Shown here: one piece after another, positions 36,669 through 45,720 of the stretch
How positions within the stretch are numbered: position 1 is the first letter of the stretch
Layout: every line of letters starts with the position of its first letter
Source: Octopus bimaculoides
Lineage: Eukaryota
DNA: 45,720 nt
Reading direction: 5' to 3'
NCBI RefSeq assembly: GCF_001194135.2
Contig: NC_069009.1
Coordinates: forward strand, 68,412-114,131
The notes under the pieces: model-generated
What the model saw: only the letters and a program-made list of their open reading frames with translations
What the model was told of the DNA's origin: nothing
Databases searched by the model: none
Translations under genes and position numbers: made by a program

Positions 36669-37326
36669 TTTATTATTTATTTCATTTATATATTATTTAT
36701 CTTATTTATATATATATTTTATTATTTTTTTATCTTNNNNNNNNNNNNNNNNNNNNNNNNNNNNNNNNNNNNNNNNNNNNNNNNNNNNNNNNNNNNNNNN
36801 NNNNNNNNNNNNNNNNNNNNNNNNNNNNNNNNNNNNNNNNNNNNNNNNNNNNNNNNNNNNNNNNNNNNNNNNNNNNNNNNNNNNNNNNNNNNNNNNNNNN
36901 NNNNNNNNNNNNNNNNNNNNNNNNNNNNNNNNNNNNNNNNNNNNNNNNNNNNNNNNNNNNNNNNNNNNNNNNNNNNNNNNNNNNNNNNNNNNNNNNNNNN
37001 NNNNNNNNNNNNNNNNNNNNNNNNNNNNNNNNNNNNNNNNNNNNNNNNNNNNNNNNNNNNNNNNNNNNNNNNNNNNNNNNNNNNNNNNNNNNNNNNNNNN
37101 NNNNNNNNNNNNNNNNNNNNNNNNNNNNNNNNNNNNNNNNNNNNNNNNNNNNNNNNNNNNNNNNNNNNNNNNNNNNNNNNNNNNNNNNNNNNNNNNNNNN
37201 NNNNNNNNNNNNNNNNNNNNNNNNNNNNNNNNNNNNNNNNNNNNNNNNNNNNNNNNNNNNNNNNNNNNNNNNNNNNNNNNNNNNNNNNNNNNNNNNNNNN
37301 NNNNNNNNNNNNNNNNNNNNNNNNNN

Positions 37327-37555
37327 GTGACAAGGCTGACCCTTTGAATTACAGGCACAACAGAAACAGGAAGTAAGAGTGAGAGAAAGTTGTGGTGAAA
37401 GAGTACAGCAGGGTTCGCCACCATCCCCTGCCGGAGCCTTGTGGAGCTTTAGGTGTTTTCGCTCAATAAACACTCACAACGGCCGGTCTGGGAATCGAAA
37501 CCGCGATCTTATGGCCGCGAGTCTGCTGCCCTAACCACTGGGCCATTGGGCCTCC
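37327..37555 (-). mobile_element. SINE family A, 3' part lost in gap
   Basis: Head and 5' body on the minus strand. Confidence 0.85.
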
Positions 37556-37834
37556 TTAGTATGATGATGATGATGATCAAAAATTGCTTTTCCTCATTGA
37601 GAGGTCACAGCTCTGGCGTGCAGGACATGTGAGAATTTGGCAGGAAAGAATCCCAAGACAGATTCTTCAACCCAAGCCAACCGGCAGGATAGCTAGGGGT
37701 AGACCAAGAGTGGTTGGATTGTGTCAATAGTCTCAGTTGGTGGTCATGCTTGGGAACCCAGCCAGAAAGTGTAATGAAGGTTGCTTTTGATAGGACCCTA
37801 TGGAGGTGGGTCCTGAAGACTCTACCCCTACAAC

Positions 37835-38075
37835 CAGGGCTGTGGAGTTGACTCCGACTCCTCTACTCTACTATTGGCACCTCTGACTCTTCTTTATGTA
37901 ATTAAGTGACTGTGGTACACATATCTCATAAAGCATATACCGTTGTACTTTGAGTAAGCCTAGATGTTATAAGTGGTTTATATTAAAGAATAAAGATATT
38001 GTGAGTCAGAGCCAGTAAAACTATACTGACTCCAGCTACCCCTTAATTATTTCTGACTCCAGCTCCACAGCCCTG
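37835..38075. mobile_element. hAT-type MITE, 241 bp
   Basis: Perfect 13-bp TIR CAGGGCTGTGGAG...CTCCACAGCCCTG, sub-terminal GACTCC repeats and a perfect 8-bp TSD CCTACAAC (37827-37834, 38076-38083). Confidence 0.92.
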
Positions 38076-38112
38076 CCTACAACTAGGAGACTTAGGGGTA
38101 GACCAAGAATGA

Positions 38113-38347
38113 AAAAGGCGGCGAGCTGGCAGAATCATTAGCATGCCGGGCGAAATGCTTAGCAGTATTTTGTCTGCCGTTACGTTCTGAGTTCAAATTC
38201 CGCCGAGTTTGACTTCACCTTTCATCCTTTCGAGGTCGATAAATTAAGTACCAGTTACGCTCTGGGGTCGATGTAATCGACTTAATCCTTTTGTCTGTCC
38301 TTGTTTGTCCCCCTCTATGTTTAGTCCCTTGTGGGCACTAAAGAAAT
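38113..38347 (+). mobile_element. SINE family C with 8-bp TSD
   Basis: AAGAATGA at 38105-38112 and 38348-38355. Other C copies at about 5950-6297(-), 13320-13497(-), 15800-16105(-), 23430-23570(-), 34673-34905, 35423-36260, 41670-41945 and 42560-43085. Confidence 0.88.
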
Positions 38348-39610
38348 AAGAATGAGAAAGTTGGATAATATCCACAGTCTCGGTTGGTCATGTTAGGGAG
38401 CCTAGCCAGAAAGTGTAATGTTGCTTCTGATAGGACCCTATAAAGGAGATGACTGAGGACCCTACCCCAATAACCTTCCCAGGAGTCCTAGGGTGGACCA
38501 AGAATGAGATGGTTGGATAATATTGTCTCAGTTGGCCACACTTTGGAATCCATCAGGAAAGTGTAATAACAATTGCTTCTGAAACTGTATAATTAGATAA
38601 TTAATTTCTAGGTAGATAAAAAAATTGAGGTGATTACAGCTGGAAGATCTTAGCCTGTAGGTCTGCCTGGACCAGGACTGACCTGGGGCTAAACAACTAT
38701 AGCCCCTAATACCACTGAATTATACATTAACTAAGGTTTATCCTTTTGAAGATGTATTTATTGCCTGGTGGTTTGAATGTTGGTCTTCCAATCATAAAAT
38801 CATGGGTTCAATTCCTGGAATAGGCAATGTATTGTATCCTTGAGCAAGGGCCATCTACCAGCTTAGTGCTGATGTGGCCCTCTCCTTCTCTCTCTCTCCA
38901 ACTGTCACATCCTCAATCTTCTCACTCAAGAAGGACAGAGGCCATCTTTTAACTTTCAATAGCAGGGGTTTTTTTTGTTGTTTTTGTTTCTTGTCCTTTC
39001 TAATGATAATCCGAAGTTTATCACGTGAACAAAGCTGGGTTGCCTCAGCTAGTTACTTGATAAAAACCAACCCTGTGCATCTGTGAATTTACCATGCTGC
39101 ATTTAAGCCCCAAACCGCAGTGTCAAACAACCCAGAACATCTTCGCCATTCAAGTTTTCCTTAACGTCTAAGGGGAGATAACCATGTCGTATCATCCAGG
39201 GGTGTTGCCATATTTGCTATGCTTGGCATTGCAGGTTGGTGTGCCCTTATAAAGAGCTTTTTACCTCGCAGGAATATGTCAGGCCTATGGCCACAACAGA
39301 CAATTTGTAGTCTTGACAGCTCCCTGGCCTTGCCATCTCCTGTCAAATTGTCCAGCCCATGCCAGCATGGAAAATGGATATTCAGCGATGATTAATCTTT
39401 ACTGCAGATATCCACATATGTGGTTACACACGTCTGTCTGTTTGTCTTGTAATACAGTTGTTACAAATCTCCTTCAATGCAACTCTTTATAACACACATG
39501 TCTGTCTGTTTGTCTTGTAATACAGTTGTTACAAATCTCCTTCAAATGCAACTCTTTCTAACAAAAAAATTTCCTTTTTTTTTTTCCCCCGCTTTGTGTT
39601 TCAAACTCAG

Positions 39611-39874
39611 GACCCGTACGGAACTTGTGTCCCAAGCTATGGTCTCTGCGGCACCTGACGTCTCTCTACCTCAACGACAACAACCTCTTGCGCATCCCGC
39701 CGGACATTTCCAAACTCACCAACCTCACATATCTCGACCTCTCGTCCAACAAGCTGCGTAGTCTGCCGTCGGAGCTTGGGGATCTCTCACTGATGCGTCA
39801 ACTTCTCCTCAACAACAACTTTCTCCGTAATCTGCCGTTTGAACTCGGTAAATTGTTCCAGCTACAAACACTTG
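39611..39874 (+). CDS. CNOT6: CCR4-NOT deadenylase subunit CCR4 (CNOT6/CNOT6L-like), LRR exon
   Basis: Branch-like CTAAC, pyrimidine tract and ctcag| acceptor; donor G|gtgagt. GPVRNLCPKLWSLRHLTSLYLNDNNLLRIPPDISKLTNLTYLDLSSNKLRSLPSELG...LPFELGKLFQLQTL closely matches the CNOT6/6L LRR region as recalled. Confidence 0.95.
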
Positions 39875-40087
39875 GTGAGTACCTTACTGCTTGTTTTCCT
39901 TTCCGTTGCCACTGCGGCCCTATTGGCCGCAGAGGCACGGCCGGTCATGTTTGTATACATCTCGGTGTTTGTTAAATATTTAGATGGTGCTGCCATCTGG
40001 TTTCACCAGTCCTCAGTCAAATCGTCCAACCCATGCTAGCATGGAAAGCGGACGTTAAACGATGATGATGATTGACANNNNNNNNNN

Positions 40088-40129
<42 letters not shown>

Positions 40130-41959
40130 CACATGCACATAAAAGCACCCACTACACTCTCGGAGTGGTTGGCGTTAGGAAGGGCATCCAGCTGTAGAAA
40201 CTGCCAGATCAGATTGGAGCCTGGTGCAGCCATCTGGTTTCACCAGTCCTCAGTCAAATCGTCCAACCCATGCTAGCATGGAAAGCGGACGTTAAACGAT
40301 GATGATGATTGACACATAACACATGCAGTGTATGTGTATGCATATACATACATATGCACACACATATACACACACATATCTCCCTCTCTCTTATTTTCTC
40401 TCTCTCATATATATATATATATCATCATCATCATCATCATCGTTTAACGTCCGCTTTCCATGCTAGCATGGGTTGGACGATTTGACTGAGGACTGGTGAA
40501 ACCGGATGGCAACACCAGGCTCCAGTCTGATTTGGCAGAGTTTCTACAGCTGGATGCCCTTCCTAACGCCAACCACTCAGAGAGTGTAGTGGGTGCTTTT
40601 ACGTGTCACCCGCACGAAAACGGCCACGCTCGAAATGGTGTCTTTTATGTGCCACCCGCACNNNNNNNNNNNNNNNNNNNNNNNNNNNNNNNNNNNNNNN
40701 NNNNNNNNNNNNNNNNNNNNNNNNNNNNNNNNNNNNNNNNNNNNNNNNNNNNNNNNNNNNNNNNNNNNNNNNNNNNNNNNNNNNNNNNNNNNNNNNNNNN
40801 NNNNNNNNNNNNNNNNNNNNNNNNNNNNNNNNNNNNNNNNNNNNNNNNNNNNNNNNNNNNNNNNNNNNNNNNNNNNNNNNNNNNNNNNNNNNNNNNNNNN
40901 NNNNNNNNNNNNNNNNNNNNNNNNNNNNNNNNNNNNNNNNNNNNNNNNNNNNNNNNNNNNNNNNNNNNNNNNNNNNNNNNNNNNNNNNNNNNNNNNNNNN
41001 NNNNNNNNNNNNNNNNNNNNNNNNNNNNNNNNNNNNNNNNNNNNNNNNNNNNNNNNNNNNNNNNNNNNNNNNNNNNNNNNNNNNNNNNNNNNNNNNNNNN
41101 NNNNNNNNNNNNNNNNNNNNNNNNNNNNNNNNNNNNNNNNNNNNNNNNNNNNNNNNNNNNNNNNNNNNNNNNNNNNNNNNNNNNNNNNNNNNNNNNNNNN
41201 NNNNNNNNNNNNNNNNNNNNNNNNNNNNNNNNNNNNNNNNNNNNNNNNNNNNNNNNNNNNNNNNNNNNNNNNNNNNNNNNNNNNNNNNNNNNNNNNNNNN
41301 NNNNNNNNNNNNNNNNNNNNNNNNNNNNNNNNNNNNNNNNNNNNNNNNNNNNNNNNNNNNNNNNNNNNNNNNNNNNNNNNNNNNNNNNNNNNNNNNNNNN
41401 NNNNNNNNNNNNNNNNNNNNNNNNNNNNNNNNNNNNNNNNNNNNNNNNNNNNNNNNNNNNNNNNNNNNNNNNNNNNNNNNNNNNNNNNNNNNNNNNNNNN
41501 NNNNNNNNNNNNNNNNNNNNNNNNNNGCAATATGCCAGCTTTTGCAGTACACCTACACTAAGGTATTTCTAAACTTCCCAGATATTTCTTCAGGTTGGGT
41601 GGGATTGAACCCAATGCTCTGATGACAACGGGGATAGCCTTTATGCTCAATTCTCATAGTTCCCACTTGTCCGTCCCGTCCCCCGAATTTCAGGCCTTGT
41701 GCCTTTAGTAGAAAAGATTAATATTAAGGTGGTGGCTAGCAGAATTGTTAGCTCTCTGGGTAGAATGCTTTGCGGTAATTCATCTGTCTTTACATTCTGA
41801 GTTCAAATTCTGCTCAGGTCAGCTTTGCCTTTCATCCTTTTGGGGTTGATAAAATAGGTACTTAGGTTGATGTAATCGACTATTCCCCTCCCCCAAATTT
41901 CAGGTCTTGTGCCTATAATAGAAAGGATTATTATTTTTATTATTATTATTGGCTCCTGT

Positions 41960-42215
41960 GCAGTTCACACGTAAAATACACCATTTCGAGCGTGGCTGTT
42001 GCCAGTACCCGCCTGACTGGCTCCTGTGCCGGTGGCACGTAAAAGCACCCACTACACTCTCGGAGTGGTTAGGGTTAGGAAAGGTATCCAGCTGTAGAAA
42101 CTCTACCAGATCAGATTGGAGCCTGGTGTAGCCATCTGGTTTCACCAGTCCTCAGTCAAATCGTCCAACACATGGTAGCATGGAAAGCGGACGTTAAACG
42201 ACGATGGTGATGATT
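41960..42215 (+). mobile_element. Family D repeat, long copy
   Basis: Same consensus. Other copies at about 12867-13160, 13952-14025, 14453-14520(-), 23575-23712, 24905-25235, 25822-26210(-), 26400-26890, 39985-40661 and 44205-44480. Confidence 0.8.
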
Positions 42216-42216
42216 G

Positions 42217-42260
<44 letters not shown>

Positions 42261-42505
42261 TGACTATGCAAAACTGTTGATGGCCATTATTGACGTACAT
42301 TTAAACATGTTTGAATGAAATTAGAACAGTGTGCATCAAGCAATATTTATCTTTTTTTTGTTTCCCAATCAACATTATTGATCTTTTATTCTCAAATAAT
42401 AGACTGCATGCAGTAGATTGTATAGAATTTAGTATTGAACTTCAATAATATAAATTGTAGAAAAGAAAGAAAACCGGTCTAGTATTCTTTATTTTATCAT
42501 CATCA

Positions 42506-42540
<35 letters not shown>

Positions 42541-43086
42541 GTTATTGTTATTTTTATTGTATTCAAATCCTGCCAAGGTCAAGTTTGTCTTTCATCCTCT
42601 TGCAGGTTGATAAACGAATGTACCGGTCAAGGACTAGGGTTGATACGATAGTCTAACTCCTCTCTTCCCCTCAAGCCACTATCCTTGTGCCCAAATTTTA
42701 AACCATGAGGGCAGGGAGGTGGTAGAAATTCTACTGAGGTTGACTTCACCTTTTGTCCTTTTCCGTGTTGATAAAATAGGTACCAGTTTTGCACTGGGGT
42801 TGATGTAATTGAGTAGCCCCTCCCCACTAAATTTCAGCACTTTTGCCTTTAGTAGAAAAGATTATAATAATTGCAGTGAGCTGACAGAATCATTAGCATG
42901 CTGAGCAAAACGCTTAGTGGCATTTCGTCCGTTGCTATATTTTTAGTTCAAATTCCGCCACTGTCGACTTTGCCTTTCATATTTTCAGGGTCAATAGAGT
43001 TAGTACCAGTTGCATACTAGGGTCAGTGTAATTGACTTAACCCCTCTTCTGAAATTGCTGGCATTGTGCCAAAATTTGAAACCGTT

Positions 43087-43292
43087 ATTATTACCGCTGC
43101 CTTTGTGAAGGCGGCGGTATTGTTTTCAGTTGTGTTTGTTTGTTTGTCTGTGGACAAGATATCTCAAGAACTGCTGGATGGATTCAGATGAAACTTTCAG
43201 GGATGTTTGGCCTTATGACTGGCATGAACTGATTAGATTTTGGGATCAATCCAGTACTGGACGGAGGTTTGCGCTCTGTGAGTGCTCTTGTT
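43087..43292 (+). mobile_element. Helentron-associated non-autonomous element (HINE/DINE-like)
   Basis: 5' hairpin TACCGCTGCCTT-TGTG-AAGGCGGCGGTA, a (GTTT/GTCT)n tract, 3' sub-terminal CGGAGG and hairpin GCGCTC-TGT-GAGTGC ending in TT. An internal fragment also lies at about 28025-28175. Confidence 0.65.
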
Positions 43293-43530
43293 AAAACTAC
43301 AAGGAATTATAATCTTTAGGGAAGTTAGTTGAAACGTATTTCATTTGGCTCTTGATGTTCTCAGTGTGAAAGAGTGACAAGGGTTTTCTCGTAAGTTTCC
43401 ATCTACCAAATCCACTCACAAGGCTTTGGTCAGCCTGAGTCTGTAATAGAAAACACTTGTCCAAGGTGCCATGCAGTAGGACTGAACCTAGAACCATGTG
43501 GTTGAGAAGCAAACTTCTTACCACACAGGT

Positions 43531-43921
43531 TGTTGTTGTTGGCACTCCGTCGCTTACGACGTCCAGGGTTCCAGTTGATCCAATCAATGGAATAGCCTAC
43601 TTGTGAAATTAACGTGCAAGTGGCTGAGCACTCCACGGACACGTGCACACTTAACGCAGTTCTCGGGGATATTCAGCGTGACACAGAGTGTGACAAGGCT
43701 GACCCTTTGAATTACAGGCACAACAGAAACAGGAAGTAAGAGTGAGAGAAAGTTGTGGTGGAAGAGTACAGCAGGGTTCGCCACCATCCCCTGCCAGAGC
43801 CTTGTGGAGCTTTAGGTGTTTTCACTCAATAAACGCTCACAACGCCCAGTCTGGGAATCGAAGCCGCGATCCTATGACCACGAGCCCGCTGCCCTAACTA
43901 CTGGGCCATTGCACCTCCACC
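43531..43921 (-). mobile_element. SINE family A, full length with 10-bp TSD
   Basis: Flanked by CCACACAGGT at 43521-43530 and 43922-43931. Inserted in the head of a family B copy. Confidence 0.9.
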
Positions 43922-44079
43922 CCACACAGGTATACCTTTGCCTTACAGTGTGTTTTTGTGATGTATAACTAGCAAAATTTATGGATTGTTTGATAAGGGT
44001 GAAGGGAAATAAGTTAGATGATGAATATGGTGGTTGCTTAAATATTTATTCATGTCATCTCTTCTGTTTCCTCTGACAG

Positions 44080-44178
44080 GTCTGCAGGGAAATCCATTGT
44101 CTCCAGATATTTTAAATCGTTACAATGAACCAAACGGGACTCAAAAGCTACTCAGCTACATGTTGGATCACTTAGCAC
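44080..44178 (+). CDS. CNOT6: CCR4 (CNOT6/6L-like), next exon (end of LRR region)
   Basis: Acceptor ctgtttcctctgacag|, donor C|gtaagt, phase 1. GLQGNPLSPDILNRYNEPNGTQKLLSYMLDHLA matches CNOT6L GLKGNPL..DIL..Y..P.GT.KLL..MLD.L. The nuclease-domain exons lie beyond the window. Confidence 0.95.
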
Positions 44179-45550
44179 GTAAGTACAAAAACGTTTTAAT
44201 CATTCGACCCTTCCTAATACCAATCACTCAGCAGGGTGGACTTAGTGCTTTTTATGTGGTACAAGCGCAGGTGAGGTCAATTTTGGCAAGGTTTTTACAG
44301 CTGGATGCCCTTCCGAACACCAACCACTTTACAATGTGGACCGAGTGCTTTTAAGTGGCGCCTGTAAAAATGCTGCCAAAACATGTACAGAAGTCTGGTG
44401 CAGGCTTCTGCTTGGCCAGCTCTTGTGAAACAGTCCCACCCATGCCAGCATGGAAGGGGGACGTTAAATGATGATGATGACCTAGGGTAAAGACCATGAA
44501 TTGTCATGGGACTGCACCTCGGAAGTTTCCCACTCTCTTTTACTTGTTTCAGTCATTTGACTGNNNNNNNNNNNNNNNNNNNNNNNNNNNNNNNNNNNNN
44601 NNNNNNNNNNNNNNNNNNNNNNNNNNNNNNNNNNNNNNNNNNNNNNNNNNNNNNNNNNNNNNNNNNNNNNNNNNNNNNNNNNNNNNNNNNNNNNNNNNNN
44701 NNNNNNNNNNNNNNNNNNNNNNNNNNNNNNNNNNNNNNNNNNNNNNNNNNNNNNNNNNNNNNNNNNNNNNNNNNNNNNNNNNNNNNNNNNNNNNNNNNNN
44801 NNNNNNNNNNNNNNNNNNNNNNNNNNNNNNNNNNNNNNNNNNNNNNNNNNNNNNNNNNNNNNNNNNNNNNNNNNNNNNNNNNNNNNNNNNNNNNNNNNNN
44901 NNNNNNNNNNNNNNNNNNNNNNNNNNNNNNNNNNNNNNNNNNNNNNNNNNNNNNNNNNNNNNNNNNNNNNNNNNNNNNNNNNNNNNNNNNNNNNNNNNNN
45001 NNNNNNNNNNNNNNNNNNNNNNNNNNNNNNNNNNNNNNTATATACATATATACGTTGGGCTTCCTTCAGTTTCCGTCTACCAAATCGACTCACAAGGCTT
45101 TGGTCGGCTCGAGGGCTATAGTAGAAGACATTTGTCCAAGGTGCCACGCAGTGGGACTGAACCCGGAACCATGTGGTTGGTAAGCAAGCTACTTACCACA
45201 CAGACACTCCTACACCTAGACCAGCAGTCATCCATGCATACCTGTTTCCCCTCTCCACACCACTGATGTTATCCCAGGGAAAGGCAAAGGCTGATACAGG
45301 GCTATAAGTAGAAAATACTTTCCCAGGAACTGAACCTAGAACCACTTTGTTGCTATTCTTTTACTGGTTTCAGCCATTTGACTGCCACCATACTTGACTT
45401 ACCTGTAGCCTCCTTCAACTGTATGGGTGTGATTAATTTTTTATTTTTAAATTGCATGCTCTGTTTATAAAACTGTGTGTGGGTGTCTCCGTTATTGCCA
45501 AGTGCAGCATATATGGCATGATGTGTAGGTGGTACTGCTGGTGGTTTCGG

Positions 45551-45574
45551 TTAGGGTTAGGGTTAGGGTTAGGG
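45551..45574 (+). repeat. Interstitial telomeric repeat (TTAGGG)4
   Basis: Four perfect units read directly. Confidence 0.9.
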
Positions 45575-45661
45575 TGGTGGTTTCGGTGTCTGGTGATGTG
45601 ATAAACGAAATTTTAAATGCTCATGTCGTTGCAAGACACAGCAACATGACACTAGAATTGA

Positions 45662-45695
<34 letters not shown>

Positions 45696-45720
45696 ACATA
45701 CACATATAACATATATACAC

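Larger units (their letters stand above)
37690..38585. repeat. Degenerate ~150-bp tandem repeat (3 units) interrupted by a MITE and a SINE
   Basis: TAGGGGTAGACCAAGA...GTCTCAGTTGG...GAAAGTGTAAT...TTGCTT anchors at 37694, 38093 and 38489. Spacing is 150 and 153 bp after the insertions are removed. Confidence 0.75.

Noticed and set aside
756-45266. Long ORFs in the track made of X runs or YI/CV/HT repeats
   Set aside because: They are artefacts of N-gaps and dinucleotide microsatellites, or translations of SINE bodies (e.g. MVANPAVLFHHNF..., MFIERKHLK...).

Overview
AT-rich, microsatellite- and SINE-dense animal genomic DNA with about 17 N-gaps. An octopus-type cephalopod origin is inferred from the SINE families; it is not proven. 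Three spliced genes can be assembled by hand from GT-AG sites. (1) The last three coding exons of a sphingosine kinase (+, 1581-7667), whose last exon carries a ~187-aa Ser-rich insert. (2) A complete 9-exon mitochondrial ribosomal protein L1 gene (-, 16903-10569; 1146 nt, 381 aa), which the ORF track shows only as separate fragments. (3) Two LRR-coding exons of a CCR4/CNOT6-type deadenylase (+, 39611-44178), head-to-head with MRPL1. The rest is four recurrent SINE-like families (labelled A-D here), four R4/Dong-like endonuclease fragments abutting (TAA)n, RTE reverse-transcriptase and mariner relics, an hAT MITE with a perfect 8-bp TSD, a Helentron-associated element, piggyBac-like MITEs and two tandem arrays. 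I found no CRISPR array, rRNA or genuine tRNA gene, and no convincing new multi-gene system. The best leads are the MRPL1-CCR4 divergent pair, which matches the human MRPL1-CNOT6L arrangement as I recall it, and a SINE/(TAA)n/Dong nesting pattern. All alignments were done by eye and family assignments come from recalled motifs, not database searches. Repeat coordinates are approximate.
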